Positions 43,796 through 52,857 of a stretch of DNA of 64,000 bases are shown piece by piece. Source of the DNA: Minisyncoccota bacterium (GTDB taxonomy: Bacteria; Patescibacteriota; Minisyncoccia; Phycocordibacterales; SBAW01); the NCBI GenBank assembly GCA_035546615.1, contig DASZWM010000003.1:32001-96000 (forward strand), read 5' to 3'. Within the stretch, counting starts at the first letter, position 1; the number at the start of each line of letters is the position of its first letter. The position numbers and the translations under genes are program-made. The notes beneath the pieces were generated by a model. It was given only the letters and a program-made list of their open reading frames with translations, did not search any database and had not been told where the DNA came from.

Positions 43796-44527
43796 TTATT
43801 TCATCGCGCCCTGCGGCAGTTTCCGCACGCCGAAAGCCCGTATGACCCCGCCTTCATCCGCGTCGCCCGCGATAAATACCACATCGCCGACCGCAAGGCC
43901 GGTCGTCGTAGCGCGGGGGGAGCCCGCGGGAATAAGGATTGAAAGCTGCCTCGTGGTAGTGCCCCGCGCATCCTCTACCGTCAGCATGCTGCCCGCTATG
44001 GCGGTAATGGTGCATTTGCACACGCCGCTTCCCGGCATCGGCCGGCGCGCGCCCTCGAAGAAATCGCCGAAGAAATACAGCTCGTGCCGGTCCGCGCGGT
44101 GAAGCAGGCGGTCGTTGAAGTCGGTGCCGCGGTCTATGAGGACCGCGGCCGCGGCCGTTGCCGCCAGGATGCCCAGCAAAAGGTACAGCACGGGCGTCTT
44201 GTATCCGAAGCGGAACCACCGGAGCATCCATTGCAGAAGGAGGACAAGGCCGACGTCTATGAGGAGCAGGTTCCACGGGAAAAAATACAGGAAAGCGCCG
44301 ATGCCCCGCGGCCCGAAGCCAAGCAGCGAGTCATGGCTGTTGATGCGGATGCCGAACAGGATGAAATTGAAAATAAAGACGGAGATCAGGAGGGCGGCGA
44401 GCGCCACCAGCATGATGGCGGCCATCTTGAGCGCGAAGTAGGCGCGCGGGCGCATGGAAAGCTCGTCCGCGCGGATGCGGCGAAGAACGGCTTCCTGCAT
44501 AGTGTCGTGCTTTTCGTTATTCTCCAT
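43796..44527 (-). CDS. Putative anti-sigma factor (membrane protein)
   Basis: It overlaps the ECF sigma gene by 11 nt and has multiple TM helices. Confidence 0.45.
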   Translation of the reverse strand: MENNEKHDTMQEAVLRRIRADELSMRPRAYFALKMAAIMLVALAALLISVFIFNFILFGIRINSHDSLLGFGPRGIGAFLYFFPWNLLLIDVGLVLLLQWMLRWFRFGYKTPVLYLLLGILAATAAAAVLIDRGTDFNDRLLHRADRHELYFFGDFFEGARRPMPGSGVCKCTITAIAGSMLTVEDARGTTTRQLSILIPAGSPRATTTGLAVGDVVFIAGDADEGGVIRAFGVRKLPQGAMK

Positions 44528-45122
44528 AGCGCATGTTCATCTTCTCATAGGCGGCCCTGAGCGCCTCCTTCCCCCGCTTGATGCGGATGCCGACCGTTCC
44601 GGCCGGGATCTGGAGGATGTCGGCTATTTCCTTGTACTGCATGTCCTCAAGATAGTGGAGGATGAGCACTTCGCGGTATTTCGGCTGCAGTTCCCCGAGC
44701 CCGCGATCGATCATCCGCCGGAGCTCTTTTTGCTCGCGCTCCCCCGGCGCCGGGTCCTCGTACGCGGTGTGCGACACCAGGGTATCGAAATCGACCAGCG
44801 TGAGCGGATTGTACGAGTTGCGCTTGAGGGCGTTGACGAAGGCGTTGTGGGCGATGCGGTACACCCAGGGCGAGAACCGCTGCGATACGTCGAAGTCCCG
44901 AATGTTCTGGTACGCGCTTACGAATACGTCCTGTACGATATCCTCTATGTCCTCGCTTCGGGCGAGGAACTTCCTGCCGTAGCGCAGGAGCTTTTCCTCG
45001 TACCGTTCCATCAGCGCGCCGAACACCTCCTTGTCGCCTTTTTGCACGCGCGCGGCCAGCTCCTCGTCGGTGAGTTGTTCGCGCGCGGAATCCACCTGCC
45101 TATAGTACACCGCGGCACCCAT
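44517..45122 (-). CDS. RNA polymerase ECF sigma factor
   Basis: Region 2 (FGALMERYEEKLLRYGRKF...DIVQDVFVSAY) and region 4 (KYREVLILHYLEDMQYKEIADIL). ATG at 45122 (the track has TTG at 45143). Confidence 0.85.
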   Translation of the reverse strand: MGAAVYYRQVDSAREQLTDEELAARVQKGDKEVFGALMERYEEKLLRYGRKFLARSEDIEDIVQDVFVSAYQNIRDFDVSQRFSPWVYRIAHNAFVNALKRNSYNPLTLVDFDTLVSHTAYEDPAPGEREQKELRRMIDRGLGELQPKYREVLILHYLEDMQYKEIADILQIPAGTVGIRIKRGKEALRAAYEKMNMRYGE

Positions 45123-45235
45123 ATTTATTTCATAACTCAACAAGCCCCCAAAGGGGGCTTGGAGAAGCGGCCGTTTCCGGCCTCCGCGTAGTAGTACACC
45201 CGGGCCGTGGAGATTATTTCACCCGGAGGAAGGAC

Positions 45236-46687
45236 CTATTTCTCCAGGTCGAGCGTCTCGTCGATGCGTATCTGCAATACGAAATCCGGCACGTGGCTCA
45301 CGAGTATCATGGCGCCTTCAAACTGGCTCAATGCGTGGGCGATGACCGGCAAGTGGCGGAAGTTTATATGGTTGGTGGGCTCGTCGAGTATGAGGAGTCC
45401 GGGCTTAAGCAACGTGAGGCGCGCGAATGCCACGAGGCCTTTCTGGCCTTCGGACAGCGTGCCTATTTTGGCGTGCACGAGATCGCCGGTTATCAAGAAT
45501 GCGGCGGCGACCGAACGCAGCGTCTCCTCCACCTGCTTTTCCATCACCGCGGCGAGCTCCTGGTACACGGTCTTGTCGAAATCGAGGTTCGAGAAATCCT
45601 GGCGGTAGTAGCCCACGCGCACGCCGGGCGCAATAACCGAGCCTTCCGCGTTCCCCGACGCGATCGATTCCAAAAGCGTGCTCTTGCCGATGCCGTTAGG
45701 GCCCTTGAGGAGCAGGTGCTGGTTGCGGCGCAGCGTTATCTTTGCCGTGCGCTTCACGGCCTTGTGGTTCTTGATGGTCAGATACGACGTGATGTTGATG
45801 ATGTCGCCGACTATCCCCTGCTGCGCGGGTATCGTGAACGCGCGGATAGTCTTGTCTTCGCGGCGGACATCCACCTTCTCCTCCTCCAGTTCTTCGGCCT
45901 TTTCGCGCATGCGCTTTGCCACCATGCGCATCTGGCCGCCCTTGTTTGCGAAAAAGTTCGCCTTGTCCTTGTTCTCCTGTATTTCCTTCGCCAAAAGCGC
46001 GTTCTTCCGGTTCTCCTTCTCGATGCGCGCGGTTATCTGCTCGGTTACGTCGAAATAGTCGCCCACATACTGCTCGACATGCTTCGTATGCACGTCCAGG
46101 TACAAGACGCCGTCGGTGAACGAATTGAGGAACTCCGCATCGTGCGAAATGACGATGCAGGTCTTGTTGTAGGCGACGAGGAACTTCGTCAGATGCTCAA
46201 TGCCCGCCTTGTCGAGGTTGTTGGTCGGCTCGTCCAAAAGCAGCAGGTCCGGGTCCTGAATGAGCGCAGATGCAAGGAGGAGCCGCGCCTGCTGCCCGCC
46301 GGAGAACTTCTCTATTACTTTGTCGTGCGGGGCGGCGAGATTCACCACTTCAAGCACGGCGTCTATCTTGGGGTCGATATCGTAGACCTTCTCCGGGAAT
46401 ACTCTTTCAAAAAATTCGCGCACCGTGAGCTTCATCTGCTCGCGCGGAATGACCTGGCGCGCGATGGCGATAGTGAGCCCGTGCGCAATGGTGATGCGGC
46501 CCTTCTCCGGCTTGTGCGCGCCCGTGATGAGCCCGAATATGGTGCTTTTGCCCGCGCCGTTCTGCCCCATAATGGTCAGCTTGCCGCCGCGGCGCACCGA
46601 AAAATCCACTTCTTCCAAAATGGGCTTCTTGACGCCAAAATCAAATGACACCTTCTCGAATTTGAGAATAGCTTCGCCTCGGGACAT
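45236..46687 (-). CDS. ABC-F family ATPase (tandem ABC domains)
   Basis: Two Walker A motifs (GQNGAGKST, GPNGIGKST) and two LSGGQ/LSEGQ signatures. No TM domain. Confidence 0.9.
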   Translation of the reverse strand: MSRGEAILKFEKVSFDFGVKKPILEEVDFSVRRGGKLTIMGQNGAGKSTIFGLITGAHKPEKGRITIAHGLTIAIARQVIPREQMKLTVREFFERVFPEKVYDIDPKIDAVLEVVNLAAPHDKVIEKFSGGQQARLLLASALIQDPDLLLLDEPTNNLDKAGIEHLTKFLVAYNKTCIVISHDAEFLNSFTDGVLYLDVHTKHVEQYVGDYFDVTEQITARIEKENRKNALLAKEIQENKDKANFFANKGGQMRMVAKRMREKAEELEEEKVDVRREDKTIRAFTIPAQQGIVGDIINITSYLTIKNHKAVKRTAKITLRRNQHLLLKGPNGIGKSTLLESIASGNAEGSVIAPGVRVGYYRQDFSNLDFDKTVYQELAAVMEKQVEETLRSVAAAFLITGDLVHAKIGTLSEGQKGLVAFARLTLLKPGLLILDEPTNHINFRHLPVIAHALSQFEGAMILVSHVPDFVLQIRIDETLDLEK

Positions 46688-47443
46688 TTATTTCTGAGTT
46701 AGCGCTTGCGGGTGCTTGCGGCTCCAGGCGTATAAAGCGACGGCGCCCGAGGTTGCGACGTTGAGCGACTCCGCCCGCGGGCTTATCGGCACCGACAGCA
46801 TCTGGTCGCACAAGGCTTTGGCGGACGCGGGGATGCCTTCGGACTCGTTGCCGAGCACGAAGAGCGCGGGCTCGTTGAAGTCTTCGCTGTCAATGCCCTT
46901 CTTTGCGTCCCCGGCAAGGCCGTGCACGCGGACGCCCTTTTTCTTGAGCTGTGCTATCGCCTGCTGGATGTTCTCCACGGTGACGAGCGGAATGCGGAAC
47001 GCCATGCCGGCGGACGCCTTGATAACTGCCCCGGTTATAGGCGACTGATTGTGCGTGGGCATAAGCACGGCCGCAGCGCCGAATGCAGCGGCAGAGCGGA
47101 TAGCTGAGCCGACATTGTGCGGGTCCTGCACTTCATTCAGAAAGAGAAGTGCGGTGTCCGGAGTCGGGTTGAACGTATCCATGAACTTCTCGAACGGCAG
47201 CGCGAAACTGCCGAGCGAAATGAGCGCGATAATGCCCTGATGCGGAGCGCCGCCTTCGGCCTGCGAGGTCGCCTTGCGCTCATCGAGCGGCTCGACGGGA
47301 ATGCCGGAATGCCTGATAAGCTCCTGGAGCTTGCGGTCTTCCATCCGCGGCGAAAGGTGTATCTTGCGCAAAACCTGCGGCGCGTGCCGCAGGGCTTCCT
47401 CGACGGCATGCTTGCCGTATATGTAGATCTTGCTTTGCTTCAC
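46688..47443 (-). CDS. TrmH/SpoU family RNA 2'-O-methyltransferase
   Basis: SpoU_sub_bind N-terminus plus a SpoU methylase domain (LVLGNESEGI...). Confidence 0.85.
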   Translation of the reverse strand: MKQSKIYIYGKHAVEEALRHAPQVLRKIHLSPRMEDRKLQELIRHSGIPVEPLDERKATSQAEGGAPHQGIIALISLGSFALPFEKFMDTFNPTPDTALLFLNEVQDPHNVGSAIRSAAAFGAAAVLMPTHNQSPITGAVIKASAGMAFRIPLVTVENIQQAIAQLKKKGVRVHGLAGDAKKGIDSEDFNEPALFVLGNESEGIPASAKALCDQMLSVPISPRAESLNVATSGAVALYAWSRKHPQALTQK

Positions 47444-47532
47444 GTTCTTATAATTATACTCCTTTTGGAGCTTTTTGTCAATTAGCCCTTCGGAAAAGGC
47501 TTACATAGGGGCTTATTTGAAATTAGGGAACA

Positions 47533-47883
47533 CTATGCAAAGCCGAACAGCGTGTCTCGGAAATTCTTAATTCTATTCTTGCTATCCACTTCTATCCCCT
47601 CTTTTTTGTAGAGCTTCATGCGCTTCTGGTGATACTGGGGGCTGGTCCAGATGCGGCCATCGGAATAGACGATGCGATGAAACGGAATATTCTTCTCGCC
47701 CTGGTCGTACGCCTTGTCCAAAATGGCGGAGACGCTGCGCGCCGCCTGTCCGCCGCCTCCGGCCGCGCGAGCAAGCGCGCCGTACGTCGTAACCCGGCCC
47801 GGAGGGACCGAAAGCGCGAGCTTCACAACACGCTTGCTGAACTCGCCGGGAGCGTTAAAAGCATTTTGCTGTATGCGCTTCAT
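47533..47883 (-). CDS. MGMT-family alkyltransferase-like protein (Atl-like, catalytic Cys replaced: PFHRIV)
   Basis: A DNA_binding_1 domain with PFHRIV in place of PCHRVV. Confidence 0.6.
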   Translation of the reverse strand: MKRIQQNAFNAPGEFSKRVVKLALSVPPGRVTTYGALARAAGGGGQAARSVSAILDKAYDQGEKNIPFHRIVYSDGRIWTSPQYHQKRMKLYKKEGIEVDSKNRIKNFRDTLFGFA

Positions 47884-48422
47884 ACCTTTAAAAATTCAGA
47901 TACCTTTTCTAAGGCTATCTTGCGCATCGACGTCTGATGTTTTTCTTCGTCGCTCATTTCCGCCCAGGTTTTATCATACCCCTTCGGTATAAATATGGGG
48001 TCCCAGCCGAATCCCATCTCTCCTTTTGGCGATTCTGCAATAGTTCCCTCTATTGAGCCGCCGAATGTGTGAACGCCAGTTTCGTCGCAAATAGCGAATT
48101 CCACTTCAGCAAGAGCACTCCTGTCATTCAAGCTATCGGCCAACCGGCACAAGCCTTCATTCCCGAGGGTTTCCAGAAACCATTTGATGAGCGGACCGGG
48201 CAACTGTTTCAAGCCAGCAAACACGAGCGAAACGTCTTCCACCAAAACCGGCGCTTTCACTATGTCATATGCGCGCCTTGCCTTGTCTTCAACCACTTCT
48301 CTCAGGCTAAGCGATTGGATCTCTTTCAAGTCGAGCTTGATATGATCGACAGGCATATGAAAATGCTCGCTCAGATACTTTGCTTTTCCTGCGTTCCCGG
48401 TGATGAAAGTAAGTTTTTCCAT
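47880..48422 (-). CDS. rdgB: Non-canonical purine NTP pyrophosphatase RdgB/HAM1
   Basis: FITGNAGK and GFGWDPIF motifs. Confidence 0.9.
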   Translation of the reverse strand: MEKLTFITGNAGKAKYLSEHFHMPVDHIKLDLKEIQSLSLREVVEDKARRAYDIVKAPVLVEDVSLVFAGLKQLPGPLIKWFLETLGNEGLCRLADSLNDRSALAEVEFAICDETGVHTFGGSIEGTIAESPKGEMGFGWDPIFIPKGYDKTWAEMSDEEKHQTSMRKIALEKVSEFLKV

Positions 48423-48423
48423 A

Positions 48424-48897
48424 TTATTCTTTCATCCTCGCTTCGAACGCATCGATGATGCCTTGCTGGTATTCGCTCATTTTTATCCTCGCCTCCTTGA
48501 TAGTAAAGAAATCGCCGCGGTCTATTTCTGGTATCTCCATCTTTTTCCCCGAGCGCGGCGGCCAGTCTATGACGACCGTGTTGCTCTTTATTTTTGCGGG
48601 ATCGCAATCGCCCTCGAACATCCACGCCGTCAGGACCTTGCCGTCGCGAGCGCGCGTGACGGAGATAAGGTATTGAAACTCCCCTTCCGGCTTGAATCCG
48701 GTCTCTTCCTCGAACTCGCGCAGGGCGACAGAAAGGAGTTCATCGCCCTCCTCGCCATCGTCAGCCTGGCCCTTCGGGATGCCCCACGCACCTTCGTCTT
48801 TATTCTGCCAGAACGGCCCGCCCGGATGCACCAAAAGTATCTGAGGGATTCCTTCCTTCAGGCGATACATGAGGAGCCCAGCGGACACCTGCTTCAT
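48424..48897 (-). CDS. NUDIX hydrolase
   Basis: Nudix box GIPKGQADDGEEGDELLSVALREFEEETG. Confidence 0.85.
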   Translation of the reverse strand: MKQVSAGLLMYRLKEGIPQILLVHPGGPFWQNKDEGAWGIPKGQADDGEEGDELLSVALREFEEETGFKPEGEFQYLISVTRARDGKVLTAWMFEGDCDPAKIKSNTVVIDWPPRSGKKMEIPEIDRGDFFTIKEARIKMSEYQQGIIDAFEARMKE

Positions 48898-48909
48898 CTA
48901 TATATAGTA

Positions 48910-49230
48910 CTACAGCGGCTGCTGGGTGACGCTTGCGACAGCCTCGGGAATGGCATTGACGGTCTTGCGCAATGAGGCGACTTCGTCCTCAAGCGCTTTC
49001 TTCTCGCGCTTTATCTGGCCCAGGTACATCAGATCGCGCATGAGGCTCGGAACAAGAATGAGGAGCGCGGTGATAAGGCCGACAAGCAGCGTCGTAAGAA
49101 GCACGAGCGCCAGCGAAGCGGCGAACTGGAAGCCCAAGAAGGTGACGGTGACGACCGCAACGTTCTGCAGGATGAATATGACGGCTACGGCGCCGAGGAT
49201 GATGCCCGCCAAAAGAGAAATAATGGTCAT
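48910..49230 (-). CDS. LapA-like / DUF1049 membrane protein
   Basis: Two TM helices plus a C-terminal coiled-coil. Confidence 0.5.
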   Translation of the reverse strand: MTIISLLAGIILGAVAVIFILQNVAVVTVTFLGFQFAASLALVLLTTLLVGLITALLILVPSLMRDLMYLGQIKREKKALEDEVASLRKTVNAIPEAVASVTQQPL

Positions 49231-49315
49231 GGAATATAAAAAGTTATTGGTAAGCGCACGCTCAGACTATACGATTTCTCCCCTGCCGGGTCAATGAACA
49301 GCGCATAGGGCATTA

Positions 49316-49567
49316 ATGCGATTTTCAGATACTGCCGCGCACACTATATGCATGAAAAAATACGGCGCAGCAGCAGGACGAAAGGTAGAAAAAGTGATGC
49401 ATGAGTATAAAAAAGGCACGCTGAAGTCCGGGCGCGGCGGCAAAGGAGGCCGCGTGAAAAGCCGCAAGCAGGCCATCGCCATCGGGCTTTCGGAAGCGCG
49501 CAAGCGCGGCGCGAAGGTACCGAAAAAGCGTGCGGCAAAAAAGAGGCGCCCCTCGCGCAAAAGCTAG
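49316..49567 (+). CDS. Small basic protein, DUF6496-like (tentative)
   Basis: HEYKKGTLKSGRGGKGGRVKSRKQAIAIGLSEARKRG. Family recall is uncertain. Confidence 0.4.
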   Translation: MRFSDTAAHTICMKKYGAAAGRKVEKVMHEYKKGTLKSGRGGKGGRVKSRKQAIAIGLSEARKRGAKVPKKRAAKKRRPSRKS

Positions 49568-50076
49568 ATCTTCCTGCTGTCGTAGGCCCAGTGGAGCACC
49601 GCCTGCCGCTGCTTGGCATGGCAGGAAAAGTCTCCCTTTTTGCAATGCTTTTTTATTTGCGCTATGTGCCGGCGGATGGCGACCCAGCGCTGTATCTGCC
49701 TGTCATCATCCGGTCCCCGACGGCCCATATAATAGCGGCAGTACCATTGGAACCAGCCGCGCGGGTCATCCTTGTAGATCCATCCTTTCTTGCGCCACAC
49801 GGAGAGCGGCTGGCTTGCGTTAACGCCGAACAAGTTGATGCGCGGGTCATGCGCGTATAAGCCCTTCTTCTGAAACTTCGCTTTGGCAAACCAGTCTTTC
49901 GGGAATTCCTTTATGCAGTCGCGCATGTATACGCCGCCGAAGACCCCCAGCGCGAGCATCTGCTTGGGCGTCAGCTCGGGCTTGAAGCGCGGGTCGAAGC
50001 GTTTGCCCATGGGCTCCGCGAGTTCGTAGCGGTAGCCCTTTTGCATCTTGTCGCTCACCCGTATTGTTCGGCTCAT
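49564..50076 (-). CDS. Conserved hypothetical protein (Trp-rich)
   Basis: 170 aa, WFQWYCRYYMGRRGPDDDRQIQRW. No family was assigned. Confidence 0.45.
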   Translation of the reverse strand: MSRTIRVSDKMQKGYRYELAEPMGKRFDPRFKPELTPKQMLALGVFGGVYMRDCIKEFPKDWFAKAKFQKKGLYAHDPRINLFGVNASQPLSVWRKKGWIYKDDPRGWFQWYCRYYMGRRGPDDDRQIQRWVAIRRHIAQIKKHCKKGDFSCHAKQRQAVLHWAYDSRKI

Positions 50077-50555
50077 GAGTTAAGCGTCCAGAGCATGAAG
50101 TTGAGATACGAGGCGAAGCTGACCCATACAAGATAGGGCGCCAGAAGCAGTGCAGCCGTGCCCGAAACTTTCGAGAACGACCATACGGTTGCGGCTATAG
50201 AAACCCAGAGGAGCGCGATCTCAGCGAGCGCGGCCCCCGGATTGTGCAGGCCGAAGAACACGAGCGACCATCCGACGTTGAGAAGAAGCTGGACAAAGAA
50301 CAGCTTGAGCGCCAGCGTCCGGCCCCGGCTTGCCGGCCTCTTCCATACCAAATACGCGGCAATGCCCATGAGCAGAAACAACGCTGTCCACACCGGCGCG
50401 AATATCCAGTTGGGCGGAGCGAGGTCGGGCCTGGCGAGCGTGGCATACCACCCGCCTACTGCCGGAGCGGTAAAAAGCGATCCCAGGAGGCCGGCCCCCT
50501 CCGCCAGCAGTATCCATGCCGCGAGCGGCGCGAGGTTTTTTCTGAAAGAGATCAT
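50073..50555 (-). CDS. tspO: TspO/MBR family tryptophan-rich sensory protein
   Basis: Five TM helices with the conserved PP.W.F..VW and LYL.W..FA motifs. The ATG at 50555 overlaps the upstream stop; the track ORF is over-extended. Confidence 0.85.
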   Translation of the reverse strand: MISFRKNLAPLAAWILLAEGAGLLGSLFTAPAVGGWYATLARPDLAPPNWIFAPVWTALFLLMGIAAYLVWKRPASRGRTLALKLFFVQLLLNVGWSLVFFGLHNPGAALAEIALLWVSIAATVWSFSKVSGTAALLLAPYLVWVSFASYLNFMLWTLNS

Positions 50556-50974
50556 TTGAAGATGATAAGCAGCGTGCCCGCAATGGTAAGTACCAGCCCC
50601 AGACCGCTGCGCATAGTGAACGCCTCGCCGAGGAACGCGGCGGCAAGCAGAAGCACCAGCACGACGCTCAGCTTGTCGATGACCGCCACGGCGCCGGCCG
50701 GGCCCTGTTGCAGCGCGATGAAGTAGAGGAGCCATGATGCCGCGCCCGCGAGACCCGATAGCGCTATAAATATCCACGCCCTGCCGCCCAGCGACGCCAC
50801 GCTGAATCCGGCGAACTTGCCGAACGCGATTCCCCCCAGCGCGAGAATGGCGGCCATAATGATGCCGCGGATGACGGTCGCCTGCGTCGGATCAACCTGC
50901 TGCAGGCCTATCTTGCCGAATATGGAAACGAGCGCGGCCGCTGCCGCCGAACCAAGCGCGTATGCCACCCACAT
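50552..50974 (-). CDS. EamA-like small DMT transporter (4 TM)
   Basis: Four hydrophobic helices, a Gly-rich protein of SMR/EamA size. Confidence 0.65.
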   Translation of the reverse strand: MWVAYALGSAAAAALVSIFGKIGLQQVDPTQATVIRGIIMAAILALGGIAFGKFAGFSVASLGGRAWIFIALSGLAGAASWLLYFIALQQGPAGAVAVIDKLSVVLVLLLAAAFLGEAFTMRSGLGLVLTIAGTLLIIFK

Positions 50975-51244
50975 GCAAAAAGTATAGCACCGAGTTTTGC
51001 ATTCGGGTTCCCTGCGAATAGTCCGGCTTCGTCACCCTGTTCCTCAGCTGCCAGACTTGAGATAGAACCGGTCGCGGGTACGGTGTCCAGATTTGCTGCG
51101 GGTGTAGGAATGTCACTTGTGTATTTTTTGTGGCTTAAAATATAGGGCTCGGTTTCTATTTTAGTTCGAATCTCAGGGGGGTCAAAGAAAAAGCCGCCCG
51201 ACGAACTGAGCCGTCGGGGGCTTTGTTCGCGGGCGGTCGCTGCT

Positions 51245-51724
51245 TCAGGGAACGAAGTCGACCTTCGCTTCCCTGAGGTCGGTGAAATATCGCTTTGCCT
51301 CGGCCTGAATCGCCGCAGCGAGCCAGTACGAAAACATCTCGTCGTAGAAGCCCTCGACGCCGGAACAGGCCACGACGATGCCATCAATGACCGCACTCCC
51401 GGAATTGACGGTATCGTCGTCGAGCAGATATTGCGGGGCCACCTTGGTCGTCGGGAGGCCCGTGCGAACCGAGATCTCTGCTTTCGACAGCGCGATCTTC
51501 TTGTATGGCCATTCGTACTTGGCCGGATCGCCGAACTCGTGCACGAGGTAACAGTTGTCCTCGAAGGATTTGCCCTCGGTCATCGGATTGATGATTTCGA
51601 CGGCATTTGCAACGACGACGAGATCTCTCCGCCTGGTGACGCCAGACCTCAGAGTCAACTCGATGCACGGACGCACGAACTCGAACGCGCGGGCTACCGT
51701 GTTGGCAGTCAGGATGCCTTGCAT
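51245..51724 (-). CDS. DUF336 (GlcG/HbpS-like) protein (tentative)
   Basis: The C-terminal SAVIDGIVVACSGVEGFYDEMFSYWLAAA resembles the GxxGVSG...DE motif. The region has lower GC. Confidence 0.35.
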   Translation of the reverse strand: MQGILTANTVARAFEFVRPCIELTLRSGVTRRRDLVVVANAVEIINPMTEGKSFEDNCYLVHEFGDPAKYEWPYKKIALSKAEISVRTGLPTTKVAPQYLLDDDTVNSGSAVIDGIVVACSGVEGFYDEMFSYWLAAAIQAEAKRYFTDLREAKVDFVP

Positions 51725-51756
51725 GTCAGTTACTCCTTCTGTCTATATTGTTGAAC

Positions 51757-52149
51757 TCAGCGGCAGAAAGCTTTGACGATTTCACCCGTCAGCTTCTGCC
51801 GGCAACCCATGACAAAGAGACGGTCACCTCTTTGGAAATCAGACGCAACCAGAGTGCCGGCCTTCGCGCCGCCTCCCATGTACAGGAGGGGCCCGTCCTG
51901 GTGCCCGCCCGCATACTGCGCAAAGAGGCACTCGTGATACTCCAAGGCCGACTCAGGCCTGCGAGCGGGGCCGCGAAAGACAACGATGGGAACCTGTGGA
52001 GACTCCCGATCAACACCGAATGCATCCAGGCTGATTGCAGTGAAGACCAGCGAGCCTCCCTTGTCGATCTGCTCGAGCCATCTGAACTGCAGTCTTTTTC
52101 GATCTCTTTCGACGGTCAGTACTTCCACGTTCAGACCTGCTAAACGCAT
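51757..52149 (-). CDS. Hypothetical protein
   Basis: 130-aa ORF co-directional with 51245..51724. Strand choice over the overlapping plus-strand ORF is uncertain. Confidence 0.3.
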   Translation of the reverse strand: MRLAGLNVEVLTVERDRKRLQFRWLEQIDKGGSLVFTAISLDAFGVDRESPQVPIVVFRGPARRPESALEYHECLFAQYAGGHQDGPLLYMGGGAKAGTLVASDFQRGDRLFVMGCRQKLTGEIVKAFCR

Positions 52150-52357
52150 GGCGTATCCTTTCGTGCTTAATCCGTCGCGTACTATGCCACAAATATCTAA
52201 TAAAAGGAAGTCACGATGTTTCTAGGATTCGAACCAATTTTGTGGCTCAAAATATAGAAACTAGTTTTTGACCCGTCTAGGTCATTTTTGAAACTTTTGG
52301 AAACGAGCCTTATGACACAACGATGTGCCTAGGTCTTTCGATACCGCGTCCATGACT

Positions 52358-52410
52358 GCTGCCAGACTTGGAACTTCGATACCCAAGATAAACGGATCCA
52401 GAGTCCCCTA
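52358..52410 (-). pseudogene. Degenerate partial copy of the tRNA-Gln 3' half
   Basis: gctgccagacttgga-acttcgata-cccaagataaacggatccagagtcc aligns with the 3' ~50 nt of the adjacent tRNA-Gln, with several substitutions. Confidence 0.5.
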
Positions 52411-52429
52411 TTGTCGCTTTATGCGCAAA

Positions 52430-52502
52430 GCTGCCAGACTTGGATTCGAACCAAGATAAACGGATTCAGAGTCCGTTGTCCTACCATTAGACGATCTGGC
52501 AG
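52430..52502 (-). tRNA. tRNA-Gln (anticodon CTG)
   Basis: Hand-folded. Acceptor TGCCAGA/TCTGGCA, anticodon stem ACGGA/TCCGT, loop CTCTGAA, T-arm CTTGG-TTCGAAT-CCAAG. Confidence 0.75.
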
Positions 52503-52857
52503 CTTTACTCACAAAGAACGACAATTTCCTAAAGGAACCGGATGCAAAGGCAAAGCAGTCTGCCTTTCATTCCCGCCACTAGAGGATCTGGCAATAGGTA
52601 TATGCCTGAGGCAAATACACACAAAAGATACCTGAAAACGCGCCAAATCTCAACCTATCTTCCGCTTCATCCTATCCTAAGGATGCCTTCAGTAAGCTTT
52701 AGGCATGATAGCCATACTGCTTATATTAGGCTTCAGCATATTCCTGCTCTTTCTCACGGGCATCATCAACATCGCTACCGACCCGATGAGCATCGACCAG
52801 GAGGAAGAAAGGAAGGAAAGGCATAAAGCCCGCTATGCCGCCTCGACGTACCAGTAG

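Noticed and set aside
52411-52635. Track ORF overlapping tRNA-Gln and its partial copy
   Set aside because: It starts at TTG inside the tRNA gene and simply translates tRNA sequence, so it is treated as spurious. The same applies to the GTG-extended 439..951 ORF over tRNA-Ser and to 57778..58017 over the split tRNA-Thr.
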